The notes below the pieces were generated by a model. That model saw only the letters and a program-made list of their open reading frames with translations. It did not search any database and was not told the origin of the DNA. The position numbers and the translations under genes are program-made. A stretch of DNA of 62,761 bases, filler included, from Trichosphaerium sp. ATCC 40318 (Eukaryota; Protista; Tubulinea): NCBI GenBank assembly GCA_038496445.1. It is 4 parts of 4 records of this genome, joined end to end, with 100 filler letters (N's around TTAATTAATTAA, not from the genome) between each part and the next. Parts side by side here need not be neighbours in the genome. Positions count along the whole stretch, not along the records: positions 1 to 15,371 come from JALMLS010000098.1; positions 15,472 to 39,263 come from JALMLS010000521.1; 2 more parts are not named here. One strand, 5' to 3'. Of this stretch, positions 12,611-26,220 are shown one piece after another. Positions within the stretch are counted from its first letter, which is position 1. Each line of letters opens with the position of its first letter.

Positions 12611-14807
12611 TTACAACTCGATACCCAATTCATCTAAGCCTAATTCATCCAATTTCATGTCGTCTCCTTTGGCTCTATACAAATCCAAGCATGTAGAAAA
12701 TACTTCTTCAGCAATCGGTTTATCCAAGCCAAGTTTCTTTAACGTCCGTTTTCTTTCATTTACAGGATCTTTACGTTTATCAAAATCAAAGAAATGAGGG
12801 TAAAATGAATCTTTTGTGTTTTGATCAAATCCCTCAACTAATGTCTTCTCTTTACAATTCGTATTGTCTCTTACCAAAATATCAATATCATCATCATTTT
12901 CCTAAAGTAAAACAGTCAGAAATAATGTCTCAATCGGCTTGTGAGTTGAAAAAGAAAGAAAAAAAAAAACGGAAAAAAAAAAGTTTTTCTCTACTGTCTA
13001 CGTACATCGTCTTTTATCTTTAGCCTACTAACCAAAGAGTAGAGTTCTGGACCTGCAAGAGATTGAGATATCGATATTCTTCCCAAAACATTTGGTATTG
13101 AGTAATAATCAGTTATCTGAAGTGGAACTTCATCCTCGTCTGATTTTTCTTTTTGTTGTTCTTCCAGATTAGCATTTTCCTGATTTTCATCCTTAATCTT
13201 ATCCTGCTCATCTGCGAGCGTTGACATCTTGTTTCCATCCTTGTCGGAATCTCTCAACGTCTCTCCATTAACATCATTTTTTTTACGATTATTTTCAACA
13301 TCATTTCTTTCACTCTTTGAAGCAGAGCCTTCTGTCCGATTATCATCTTTTCTATGAGTATAAGATCTTTTGTAATTATAATGATTACTGAATTTCCTAT
13401 CATTCCTATTACTTGCATATCTACCACGAGAAGGCGTTCTACTATTAGGTCGATCATCTCTAACATTAGTAGCACGTTCAGGTAACCGCTGTCTACTAGG
13501 TTCTCTTCTTGAGTCTCTTATATCTCTAGGATGATCTCTGCCAGGTAATCTATTGATATCATCATAGTCACTAGCACTTCTCCGCCTTATATCACGGACA
13601 TCACGACCACGATGATCATCACGTAATCTTTCATTGCGCATGTCATCACGGCGTATATCTCTACCTATAGACGCTGGTGGTTCTCTATGATCTCTTATAG
13701 GTTCCCTAGGAGGTTCTCTAAATACTCTATGATCTCTTGGATCTCTTGGATATGCATGAGTTCGCGGCCTATCTCTAAAATCTTGTCGTTCTCTTTCAGG
13801 TGGTGGACGATCAAAACCATGATAATTGTATCCTCCCACTGCACGTTCTTGATATCTAGGAAACTGAGGCGGAGGCGGTCTGTAAAAAGTATCTGTATGT
13901 ACGTTAACAATGTATTTAGACACGGCAATATCGAGGAACGAGGTTGTTAACAACAACCAAAAAACAACTAAAGCTTTGGTTTTTTCCAACTTTTTTTTAA
14001 ATCGTACTTCTGCCCTGAATGGGTCCTCCTCTGATTGGTGGATTATCTATTATTGATAAGCTACTGCTTAATAGCTGTGTATTAAACATACTGTCATATC
14101 CTGGACCTCTTGGTTGGTGAGGTGGGGGCGCCCTATCATCATAGAATGTATCAGCTTTAAATCGCTTATTGCTTCCTTCAAAGCGACTAGTCCTCCCTAT
14201 GAAATACAATTATTATTAAATCTTTCCGCACATCAAACATTCACATACCTGGCGACATTCGTCGTTTCCTGGGCATAGTTTCAGGAGGTGGATAAAACCC
14301 AAGTTTAGATTCAAAATCTCGCCTTAAGCTAGTGAGCAAATAAATTATTTTGAGGATTTGTTTTTTCAATGTACCCTCGTCCAGAACCATAACTGTGTCT
14401 TCTTGGTGATACAGGCCGTGGAGCGTGGTGTATAGGCTGTCTAGGACGTACAGGTGATACAACTGGAGGCCTTAGAGGTCTACGGTCTCTTATCGAGGAG
14501 CCATGATCTCTTGGACCAGAAATGCGTCTTGGTGATATTGGAGGCCTACGGTCATTGTGTCTTGGTTTTGGTGCACCCCGTGGCTCAACAGGAAATCCCC
14601 ATTGTGACTTTTTTGTTATTGTATTATAGTAGTAAGGTTTGCCAGTTTCTGTACTATGGCGTAACTGCCATCCATGTGGTAGAGCACGAGCATCTTTCTC
14701 CGAATGCGCCATGTGATTGCGTGTATCTTTTGAAACATCAGGACCTGGACGTCTACGTAAGCATATATACATCATAATGTGTTACTTTTGGTTGCGAATC
14801 CTGACAT
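12611..14807 (-). CDS. WW-domain protein with Arg/Asp/Pro-rich low-complexity region
   Basis: LPHGWQLRHSTETGKPYYYNTITKKSQWGFP is a WW domain. RD-rich exons are separated by GT-AG introns. Confidence 0.75.
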
Positions 14808-15001
14808 TGCGCGTATAGATTAAATTGTACATGAGAAATCCAGCACAATTTTTTGAAAGCCAATTTTTTTTTTACGGCTGAGGAACTGTTTTTCCACAGG
14901 AGGTTTTTTATGAACGTTTGTGTGGTTATTTTTAAATATTAAGTATTTTTAAAGGCAAGTCATTTGTCCCAACACACCCAAATCCCCTTCCAAGTTTGTA
15001 A

Positions 15002-15371
15002 TTACTTGTCCAGAGAATTGATACTGTCTGTGACGAGAATTCTATCATCAACAAAACCTAAAAGTACTAACCTTCTTTGTTTCCACCACGAACCATTGCG
15101 TCTCTACCTCCATCTCTGTCCTTTTCCTTACGAAGATTATCTCTGTTATCCACAATCCTTGCAGGTCTTTGATCATGTACTCTTCTATCTCTGTCCGAAT
15201 CGCGCTTGTAATGAGGCGAAGCAGCCTGTGGGTTGCCACCACTTATTCTGCGTGGTTTTACATCTCGAGCTGGTAAATGAGAGGATGAAGCAGGAAGCGG
15301 ATGAGAACGTCGGTCAGAATCAACATGAGGACGTCGGTAGTTGTTTGTATTGAAAGGGCGTCGATCTCTAA
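15002..15371 (-). CDS. 3' end of an Arg/Asp-rich protein gene, truncated by contig end
   Basis: Open frame RDRRPFNTNNYRRPH..KPRRISGG..RDSDRDRR, one GT-AG intron, TAA at 15002. Confidence 0.55.
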
Positions 15372-15471
15372 NNNNNNNNNNNNNNNNNNNNNNNNNNNNN
15401 NNNNNNNNNNNNNNNTTAATTAATTAANNNNNNNNNNNNNNNNNNNNNNNNNNNNNNNNNNNNNNNNNNNN
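15372..15471. other. Artificial contig-joining spacer
   Basis: 44 N + TTAATTAATTAA (stop codons in all six frames) + 44 N. Confidence 0.97.
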
Positions 15472-15531
15472 GTGCGTTTTTAAAATCCCACGTGATTTTG
15501 TTCTTTTTTTTTAACTCGTTTTTTGTTTTTA

Positions 15532-16601
15532 GCAAAGCTGATTCATGCGTATGATCAAATGTCCTCAGATGAACAAAAACTAGCTCAAGAAGCTTGTAAA
15601 AAGCTTAGACTTATGGTATCAGGATCTATGGCTCTTCCAGTGACTACATTTGACAGATGGAGAGATATTTCAGGACACAAACTTCTTGAACGCTACGGAA
15701 TGACAGAAATTGGTACAAGCAAAATCTACAACTTTTTGAAAGTTGGTGCTGACGAAGCTGGTACTAGGTATGGGTTTCTCTAATCCACTTCATGGAGACC
15801 GCTTACCAGTAAGTATTGATATAAGTTGTTGATCATGTTCTCAACCACTATAGGGTCGTGTTGGTAAGCCACTACCAGGTGTTACAGTCAGGATTGTTCA
15901 AACTGAAGATGACAATCCGAATATTGGAGCGTTGCAGGTTAAAGGACCTCAGGTTTTCAAAGAATACTTTGGAAATCCTGAAGCTACTGCTAAAGAATTC
16001 GATGGTGATTGGTTCAAAACAGGAGATATTGCAGGTAATTTTTGTATTTGAGATTTCTTGAGGGATACATCTGACATTTTTATTAAAAAAATAGAGTATC
16101 GCGAGTCTGATCAGACGTACCGGATTGTAGGTCGTGCAAGTGTTGATATTATAAAATCAGGCGGTTATAAAATAAGGTACGGTTAAAGTATACCTTACAT
16201 TTTCACCACGTGATAACCGGAAGGTTACAAAAGTAACACTAAAAACTTTGGTATTTTACGGATTGAAGCTTATTTGGTTTTTAAGCGCACTTGAAATTGA
16301 ATCTGTCTTATTGACGCATCCTGATATTGCTGAAGTTGCTATTGTGGGTGTAGAAGATGAAGAATGGGGGCAAACTATTGGTGCATTAATTTCAACAAAA
16401 TCAGTAAGTTGCAAATTACGCACCTTCTTTTTTTGACACTTTTTTGTTTAGGGCAAGGATATGACTCTTGATCAACTTAAAGAATGGTCAAAAGAACGAT
16501 TAGCAATATACAAAATGCCAAGGAAGCTTATAGTAGTTGATTCAATACCAAGGAATGTAATGGGGAAAATGAACAAAAAGCAACTTGTAAAGTTGTTCTG
16601 A
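15532..16601 (+). CDS. Acyl-CoA synthetase, ACSF3/malonyl-CoA synthetase-like, 5'-partial
   Basis: [62 protein letters not shown]. Confidence 0.88.
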
Positions 16602-16875
16602 TCTTGTCAGTAACAAAAAAACTAAAAAACATACGGCACAGTAGAAGTCACTATGTGCACACTCTTCTATGTAAGGATATTCAAAAATGTTGCTCGTGGT
16701 AGTGCCTGAAGTGATATAACGCATAGAAGCGTCATTTGGTTGTTTGACCAAGGTGTAGTTGTCGTAGTGAGCAGCAGTGACCAATTTCGATTTTGCGAGA
16801 AAGCACGACTTAACTTCAAAGTAAATTGGAAGCTCTGCTTGCCTCACGTCGGTTGCCACAGCGTTTTCAAGTATA

Positions 16876-17996
16876 ATGGAGCATGATAATGACATAACAA
16901 CGACGTTACCGCCTGAACTGGTTTATATTATAGCGCATTACCTTCCAATGCGTACATTATTACGTAGTAGACTCGTATCGTGCTACTGGTGCAGTGTTAT
17001 CACCAGCATGGAAATATTTAAGGTAAACAAACGAAACAACAACCTCTTTAGCCTAATTTTGTATGTCAGGACAGTCAATCAACGTTTAACGCTAAAGAAA
17101 AAGGCGGTTTTTCAAAAGAAGTTAATGACCAAGCATTTACAGTTTTGCCAAATGGGAACGTGCGTTGTCTTCTGAAAACACGTGATTTATTTTTATTTTT
17201 GTGAACAACAAAAAACAGCCCAAGAGTACTATGTGCTGCGTGTTTATCTAATTGTTTTAGGTTGCTTATAGTTATGACAATGTTAATGCTATTTATGTAT
17301 ACTCATTCAAATCAAAGACAACAACAATTGTAGATGTGACGACGCCAGAGTATATCACAACATTAAGTAATAATAAGCTTGCATATATAGCACAGAATGG
17401 AGTGTATACAGTGACATTAGATACACATAAAGTAGAGTGTATGTCAAAGGCGGGAGACTTAAAAATACGCTCAATTTGTCGAGATAAATTTGGAAGTATT
17501 ATACTCTCCTGTAAATCATCAGTTATATGTATACCAACACCTTATATAAAGACTATATTATGTACTCTACCAGGCGATGAATTCAACCAAATTGTACGTC
17601 ACAAGCTGAACAACCAATTCAAGTTCTTTTTTTTTTTTCTTTTTTTCTTCGATTAATTGGATTGTACAGGTTGTTGATCAAGAAACAAACAATATCTATG
17701 TATCTAGTACTGTAGCTTATCACTGTGGTGGTTGGATTATTAGAATATCGAATGATGGAGATATAAAGAAGCTTGCTTGGATAGATGGGAGTATTGTAAG
17801 CATAGTTCTTGATGGCAAGAAAAATATATATGTTGCTACAACAGATGACTTGATTAAGCTTTATTATAAAATGAACTATGCGCAACTCAAGCTATATGTT
17901 AGTGGTATGCATGAGGATTTTGTTAAACTTTGTTATCATGAAAGATCTTTGTATATCTTAACAAACAGCACAAAATTGTACAAAATAAACTTGTAG
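16876..17996 (+). CDS. F-box protein with beta-rich (propeller-like) C-terminus
   Basis: LPPELVYIIAHYLPMRTLLRSRLVSCYW is an F-box. Spliced beta-rich exons run to TAG. Confidence 0.7.
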
Positions 17997-18130
17997 CTTC
18001 CTTGATAAAAAAAAGAGAGAGACAGCATAGCTGCAGTATCCTGAACAATACTGATACCCACGACCAAAATAGCTGTTGTATTGGGTAGCATTTTCAAACT
18101 ATTTCTGTTTCAATCAATGTGGTTGATTCA

Positions 18131-18363
18131 GGAATTGACCCGGAGTATCAACAACAAATTTTATCGATATTCCTGTTTTTTTCACTGTATTTGTTCATCA
18201 CTATGAGCATTCAGTACATTGTAACAAGCAAAAATATTTAATTAACCTAATAGAAACCATTTTATCAAATATGAGGCATGGAAATTATTTTGGCTATGAG
18301 CAATGACGAACTGAAAAGTGAGGTTATAGACAATCTGTTTTATCCACAATCTGGGTCAGTTCC
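18131..18363. mobile_element. 233-bp MITE-like element, copy 1
   Basis: TIR GGAATTGACCC...GGGTCAGTTCC with a 3-bp direct repeat TCA on both sides. Internally homologous to 38274-38506. Confidence 0.7.
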
Positions 18364-18936
18364 TCAGTGATGTTAACAATCTTACACATTGAATCCCATT
18401 TGTCAACCGAGTACAGGTACTAAATATACAAAGAATGTGCAACAGTCTCGTTTGTTTCACACAACGATATTTAACCATAGACTAAGAGCCGGCTGTAACC
18501 ACCGCTTTTTTTTCAACCAAACGTGATTCTTTTTTTTGCATTTTATCTTTCGCTAGACATAAGGATTCTAATGCTATTGTGCATGGGAACTCACTATTTA
18601 ATAAATACAAAGATAGCACTACGCTGAAAAATGACAGCAGGTGGATTTAGATAGAACCTCTTAAAAAAGTAAATGATGACCCTCTTTTGTCCATCCAAAC
18701 AGCTACCAACTCGTTAATGACGCATGTATAAGGTCAACAGATAAGGAGTTGACGCTGTTCAATTCTTTTTGGTCTAGAACTGTACTCGTGATCATATTCA
18801 CGAATAGTACTCCTGTAGAACCAAGTTTGTGAAGCTGTAACAGCTGTTTCTTATTGCGCCTAATTGGACAGAATTTTCTGGGTTTTTTGTACTTTTTAGC
18901 CAAGTCCATTCAAAAGCGGAAGCCACAGCAATAGAC

Positions 18937-21540
18937 ATGCAATGCACGTTTGTACTTGGCGTGTGCTTGCTTATTGGGTGTTGTAGAGGTAATTGCTGTG
19001 TTTTTAGCAAACTTTAGTTCAACACCGTTATTTCAGCGCATTTACGCTTAAGACCGCTTCTATTATCAATTAGATGCTTACTTACTGTTAATTTCAGGGC
19101 TTTTTGTTTTAGACTCTTTTACTACCAACGATACTGTCCAGGCTATAGCATGGAGGTCTGACGGTACAATGCTACTTGGGTTTGATAAGAGAGTGCTGAA
19201 TTACGACACAGATGGTAATTGTGGCTGTTTTTCCGTAAGATTGTAAATTTCTGATCATACTACATTAGGTACCTACCTAGGTGTTGCCGTTCCTGGCACC
19301 TACTTAGTAGCAGGACAGCCACAAGGTATAAAACAGTCTTTTGCCTTTTTTGACAAAAAAAAAACTTAGTGTTATTCAGGTCTCGCTTTTAACCCTTCTG
19401 GTACTCACCTCTACGTTGGAGGCGGACAAGATAAAAATATTGTACGTGTTTTCTTGAACTAGCCGCGGCTTGAAAAATTTGAGCGGAATTCCGACGGAAT
19501 TATACTCAAGCAGCAGTATTATTCCAATTCCCAATGAAAAAAAAAACCAAAACTTTGTTTCCGATATTCCATCTTCTCTTAAAAGGATAGATACCCTTCT
19601 ATGTATTATTCGTCCGAATTATTGTTATTTCTATTCGAGTAATACACATACGATAGTTTGACGTACAAAGGCATGATGAAAAAAAAAACTTTTTTTTTTT
19701 GTTTTTTTTCACGGAATATCGGCGCTTTTTCTTCCCAGAATAGTGTGATTTGTTTTTTCTAACGTCATGAATTTTAAGCTTATATTTGACGCTACTTCAA
19801 TGGTGAATGTGGATGGGTTTTCTCTTAAAAATCCGTCAGTCAGCAGCTCATTTATTCGACAAGTTTCTATTGACTCATCTGGAGAGTTCTTTGTTGCCGC
19901 TGTCTTTTCAGGAATTGATAAGGGTATCTATGTATTTCAGTTTACTAGCGGAATAGTCCCTGTATTTTATACAAAATCAGTTGCAATTCCAGATAGCTTC
20001 TCACCTCAGGTAAACACATTTTTTTTTGGAACTTTCTTTCGGACTTTAGTTTTTTTTTTCTCAAGCCAAGACATACAATAATAATTGTATGTAGTCACTT
20101 TACTGATTTGTTTTATAGGCTGTATCGTTTTTAAGTAACTTAGTTATTGCAGCTTCAAGAACAAATCTTTTTTTATTCACCAATATAAGTACGTTAATAA
20201 CACATCTCTACAAATGGACTTAATAAAAATCGGCCATATTCACTTATTTATTACCAGGTGATCCAGGTGCTACTGCCAATCAATTTGGAGTCACCACTAG
20301 TTCCGAACCAATAACAACAACTCATCAAGTTACTTACATAGAACCTTACGCAAACAATACATTTCTAGTAGCTGGATTAGCTTCATTATGGATTCTTAGT
20401 GATAGACGTAAGCTAAAATAATGTGTTGTGATTTTTTAAGAGTTTAAACTCTACCTCACGTCTTATACAATTTTTTGTAGCAACTCTGAATGAAAAGCTT
20501 CTACCCAGCTTGGTTGATTGCCAAGCAGTGAGCGTTTCACCTGTAGATGGGGTAATTTGGGTGTCAACAAACCAACTACTGACAAGCTACTCATTCACTC
20601 CACCTGTACCAACAAGCGCACCAACAACATTAAGTCCAACTGCTTCACCAGTACCAACTAACCCGAATCCGCCACCAATTGGACAACAAACAATGGCTCC
20701 TACTGCGATTACACCCACTGAGTCTAACACATTATCATGTGTTGGTACTCCTCCAGCGATTGAAGGAATAACTTGTTTGACCGATACTTGGGGACTAACA
20801 TCATATGTTGTGCCACCTCTACTAGTATTGCCAATTTCAGCCAGCGTGCCTAGTTTGCCAATCTCAGTGATTGTGCGAGGTGAGTTTGTTGGCTAATTTT
20901 TTCTTTTGCTGTTTCATTTTGTAACTCTTTTTATTTTCTAGGAAACTTCACTTGGACAAATAATTCTGTTATTGTTTTGAACGCACCTTATGTGTTGAAT
21001 GTATCAGACTGTATAGATATTCAAGGTTTGAACAATTCTCTTTTTTGTGGTGTTACTTACGGTGTTGTATTTTTAGATTCTGAGTTGATATTAAACTCTA
21101 CGTTTGAGTCATATGAAGATAGCTTCGTCTTCATTGAATTCAATAGCACCTGTAATATAACAGAAGGGAACAAAGTCCCTAAAGTCACTTTGACTGACAC
21201 TGATAGCTCAAACTGTCTTTCTGCGACAGGTGTCTATGGTAATTACAACACGTCATGTCTTCTTTCTAATTGAATTTGTGTTTTAGAGACCAATAGATTA
21301 GTTATAATTTTTGACACATTTTGTGATCAAGGAAGCGGAGAAAATGGAGGGGAATCATCATCACTATTTATTCCTGTAGTTTCTGCAGGTGTTGGTGTTT
21401 TCTTAGTTATAATTATAGCTATTATTATCGTCATACTAGTGTATAGACCTGTTTGTTTATTCCCTTATAAGAAAAGTACAAGAAAAAAAATAATACCACG
21501 TGGTGTTATTGTTAGTTCTCCGCTAGAAGAGACCACGTAA
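18937..21540 (+). CDS. Type I membrane/secreted protein: signal peptide, beta-propeller-like region, Pro/Thr linker, TM helix
   Basis: Hydrophobic N-terminus MQCTFVLGVCLLIG, GLAFNPSGTHLYV repeat, PTSAPTTLSPTASP linker, TM GVGVFLVIIIAIIIVILV. Confidence 0.7.
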
Positions 21541-22125
21541 CAATAAATCCGTAAAAAGTTCTCGATCTGGCACTACCATTCAATAACCACCATATGACCA
21601 AAACCAATTTCAGAACTGCATCACAAACATGTTTTTAAATTTATCGCTAGCGCACATTCGTTGAAAACCTGTTAAGTGCGGAGAATTAAATGTACAAAAA
21701 TCATAGTTTATTGTTGTTAGATGAATGTTGACACTATTCATGTATAGATAACATGGCGATTGCCAAAGAGGTACATTGTGAGAGTGCCACACAAGAGAAA
21801 TGTCTGTAATGTTGTAATAATTACAATAGGACGTAATTAACCTTACTGGCGGCATCACAACAGATGGTGTGTATTTATTGTATAAATTCAAGCCGATTAG
21901 AGTTTTTTTTTCAAAAAGCGCACATACCAAAAAAGATGCCAAAATTTTTCATCAAAAATATCACGTGACGCTAGGCAAATGTTTATTAGAAATGTTCATG
22001 CGATTTTTCCTTTTTTTTACCGATAACATTTAATTTCTGATCCTAATTACATTTATTTCATCTTCCACGTGATTTTTCACGTGATTTATGTTGATAAACT
22101 GTTAGATGGTCGTCAATTATTTGGA

Positions 22126-24766
22126 ATGGATGCTGAACACTATCAAAAGGTACATAAACGCTTTAAACACGTGCAATAAATACCCTGACATATCGTTTAG
22201 ATGAAAAAAAAAGAGGTGAGAATCACTGGCATCTTCAGAAAGAAAAACAAAGAAAGAAAAGTTGCGAAATGGAAATAATGAGTTATAGGATCCAACTTTT
22301 TATTTACAAGTTGGTCGCTGGATTGAAAAGGTTCTTGATAATCCACTTGACGATGTAACAGATTTATGGGGTTCTTTAAAGAGTGGTGTAGTGCTGTGCG
22401 AGTAAGTGAGATAGTAACAAACGTGAAACATGCTGATGGTTTGTTAAGGTTAGCGAATAAAATCAAACCAAATATTATCAAAAAATTTAACAAAGGAACA
22501 AATCTACACCCTCTCAGAGAGAGGGAGAATATTCAATTATATCTAGAAGCTTGTTGGAAACTTAGTGTAGATCATCATTGCATGTTTGTAACATCTGACC
22601 TTCACACAAAGCGAGAAATGAAACCGGTATCTGACAAGACTCAAAAAAAAATAAACAAAAAACCCACTAATATGTCGCTACCTAGGTTGCAACAAATATT
22701 GCTGCTTTAAGTCGCGTTGCACATTCACTTGGTTTATGTAATGTCACCATAGGTCCTCAACAAAGACCACCATCAACGGTACAATGGATATACGACTTGT
22801 TTTTTTTCATCTAATATTTTTTGGCTTCTCAGAGCAAGTGGGAAGTACCAGTTATAGGAAAACCTATTTATTCAGGTCAGCTTGAAGGACAAGACCCCAT
22901 TGAGCTCGAGCTCAACATAACAAAACAAGAGCTCGTAGAGGAAAAGAAAAATGTAGAAAAATACAAATATTTATCAGTACGTCCTTTATCCAAACTATTT
23001 CTAGATTTCAAAAAAACTTGGTTTGTTAACACGTGTTTTTCTCAGGAATGTCTCCAAGAAGACGTTAAAAAATTAAAGGAAGAATTGCAGTTAACAAACA
23101 GGAAAACAGATAGAAATGTTCTTCTTCTGTCAAGAGAGCTTGAAGCGATGGTTAACATGTCAAAATCCGAGAGTTACGATACAGTAGTACAAGTAAGTAC
23201 ATCTTATTTTTAATCTACACGTGCTTTCGTTATAAAATCACACTAACCCACGTGAAATTCAGGCTCTCACTGGAGAAAAGGAGCAAATAATTGAACAATA
23301 TGAACGGTACGAACAGTGTTGATAATTCAACATCTGCGTCATTTAGTATTTTGTTGAATATGACTTGACCAAAGGGAGCTTGCTTCTATCCGTGAAGAGA
23401 GAGACAAAGCTTTAAAACAATTAGAAGATGAAAGGGAAAAACGAAAGAGTCTCTCATACAAATTCTCACTTCTGAAGCGCGAAGAGAGCAAGGTACTAAC
23501 ATCAAACAAATTCGGATTCTGAAAAGTTCTCGTTTTTGATCTAAAATTTAAACCAAAAAAACAGACAAAACGAGAATCTCTTGGCCTCCTCAGAAGAACA
23601 AAACCTGTAAAGTCCATGACTTCAAGTAATGGTTCCTCAAACCCAAGAAGTCTTCGCATGTCATCTAATAGGCGCCTACAGCGTAATAGAAGGTAAACTA
23701 AAAGTGAACTTTGAGCTTTTTAGATGAAAACTAACTTGATCCTAAATGAAGCTTCCTTAACACAACAATGATACCAGATATGTCTCTAGCTGCTTTGGAA
23801 GGAATAACAACTGATATTCTTAATTCTATTGTTGTCACGAGTACACGTATAGATAACGTGCGTGGTTTATTGAAAACAGATGCAGGAAGGAGGTGTTTAG
23901 CTTTTTTGCTTCGTGAACACTTTAAGACTGTTGCTTCTGTCAAGTTGAGTAATACTTCTTTTGAATCTATGCTTGTCATTTACAAGCTTTCATTGGATGA
24001 GATCCATATTTCAAACGGGTACAAACAATATATCATCACTGGAAACTCCAAGGAGAAACAACTTCAAAGTTTTTTTAAAGTTTTTAGTTTACCAGTACCC
24101 CTAACGTCGCTAACTTTTTTAAGTGCTGACTACATAAGCGCTAAGCTTTTACGTGAACTATCATTTCGTATATATAGACAGAAACGAAACACAAGCGAGT
24201 ATTTAAAGGTACAACGTGAATTTAATATTTTGGTTTACATTTTGTTTGTCTTTTTCAGTTGTGTTTGCAGTGGTTACTGCCTTTTCAATCAAGTTGACTC
24301 ATTTATGGTAGGAGCGTATTAAAGGGCATTTTATCTTTATGCATCTTGGTTTTTGGGAGGAATACTTTTGTGATGATCTAGCAAAAGCATACTCAAAAGC
24401 GTTTGTCCAATATGCTAAACAAACAAAAGCAAGCACAGATGAGCACAATGTATTCCTAGCAAGACAACTAGAGAAATTTGGCACGTGTTTGTTTCTTCAA
24501 AAATTACTGCAATTTTTTTTTTTTGAAACACGTGTTTTCTCACGTGATGTTCCACTGATTATTTATGTTTAGTTCTTCAAATGTTTGGATGGGGGAAAAT
24601 ACCTGTTGCAACACTTCATCACTTTGTTTCACAAATGGCTGATAAGTTTGATTTACCTGATGACTATGTATCTCAAATTGAAGGTATGTTAAGCATCTCA
24701 AATTATCTCCTTTTCGCTAAGTATTATACCCAAGACGCCATCAACCATGAGGCAAAGTCAGACTGA
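22126..24766 (+). CDS. Calponin-homology + coiled coil + SBF2-like domain protein; start may lie further upstream
   Basis: CH: RWIEKVL..SLKSGVVLCELANKIKP..ENIQLYLEAC..FVTSDL. SBF2-like: DYISAKLL..YLKERIKGH..FWEEYF. Confidence 0.75.
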
Positions 24767-24982
24767 ACTTTTTATGTTAAATAAACATTGCTTCAATGTA
24801 TGTGTATATCCTGGTCTTGACAACTCTGAGAAACGTTTGTATTCTCCAATAATAAGCTATTGCAGACCCCATGTTTCGTTGAACATGTCTTGAATTTATT
24901 AACGTTGTAACAGTGAATGTGTTAGTTGACATTTCACAGAAATCAAGTCAGATCATAAAAGCCAAAAACAGTCAACTCACAA

Positions 24983-25726
24983 ATGAAACGCAAGAGATCA
25001 AATAACGAACCTACCAGACGCTCAAAAAGGGTAACACGATCTCAGATAAAAGCAAAAGAACCTCCACCGCCTCCTCCAAAACCAGAGATAGAAGATACCG
25101 CAGAATTACACTCGTGGTTCCCAACTGTAAACGACTTTCTTGAATCTAGCTTTAAATCGCCTGACGCTGATCATTTTATACTAATAAGAGACTACGAGTA
25201 CAATGAGAAGCTTCCAGAGTCATTAAGGGATCAGTTAAAGATTGTAGAGCTTATTTCAAAAGAAACAAACGAAATAATAGATATAGTTGATGTATGGTGT
25301 ATCAAAGTAACAAATGATTCAAAAAGAGATCATTTATGCTGTCACTCTCAACTAAAGCAAGTCTTTTGGCATTTGAACATACCAGAACTACCAGGCAGTT
25401 GGCACCACAGACGCAACATTTCTTACTTGATTATATCATCTGCTGACAACTCTCAGTCTGACGATGGTGACGATGATGACGATGATGACGATGATGGCGA
25501 TGATGAGAGAAGTGATGAAGAAGATGTAAAAAATTGGTGTTACCTTGGTGATACAAATAGAAGCGGTGGTGGTTATGAAACAAACCCTGTGCGTCTTATT
25601 TCAACTTCATTTCATTTCGAAAAAATGTACAAGAAGCATCTTCAGGCATTACAACATAATGGGATTAATAATTTAAAGTGTCGTATCAACCGATACAAAG
25701 CCAGTTTATGTGACCCCAGGAAATAA
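24983..25726 (+). CDS. Intronless hypothetical protein, 247 aa, basic N-terminus and acidic tract
   Basis: Clean ATG-to-TAA ORF followed by AATAAA. No domain recognised. Confidence 0.7.
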   Translation: MKRKRSNNEPTRRSKRVTRSQIKAKEPPPPPPKPEIEDTAELHSWFPTVNDFLESSFKSPDADHFILIRDYEYNEKLPESLRDQLKIVELISKETNEIIDIVDVWCIKVTNDSKRDHLCCHSQLKQVFWHLNIPELPGSWHHRRNISYLIISSADNSQSDDGDDDDDDDDDGDDERSDEEDVKNWCYLGDTNRSGGGYETNPVRLISTSFHFEKMYKKHLQALQHNGINNLKCRINRYKASLCDPRK

Positions 25727-26220
25727 TAAAAGTCGTTTTTGCCATTCATTAGACAATTGTCAGTAATTCTTATTTATTGCACGTTTGTAAAGTTCCAAAT
25801 CCCAACTTTAGTTTCAGTTGTCTGTTGTCTGTTAGCTACAACAAAAGAGTTTTAAATGATACCATAGCACCCACTGAGGGTGACCTTGAGCGTGGATACA
25901 TAGAACTACAATAGTGCAAAAAGTTATTCTTCAAAAAATACCATCCAAAACCACAACCACGTTGAGTGAGCACAACTATGATGCTACACAAACTGAGGGC
26001 ATACTAACGGAAACGTTAATCTATTGTCCTTGGTAAGTTGGTCCTATTGATACTACCAATCCATCAAATTCAGCATTACAAGGTACATTACAACGAGTGT
26101 CCCAACTTAAGTTGACATTTATTCCATCACAATTCAGTTCCTACACTTTGTTTCCAGTTCCTTTTGAAATCACGTGACTATCTATTATTGCAAAATATAT
26201 TCAGCAGCGCTTCATCACAG

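Noticed and set aside
15416-15427. TTAATTAATTAA as a biological repeat or PacI-like site
   Set aside because: Identical at all three gaps inside fixed N runs; it is an assembly linker.
25860-26120. Possible gene relic on the minus strand
   Set aside because: Interrupted by stops with no recognisable motif; not supportable.
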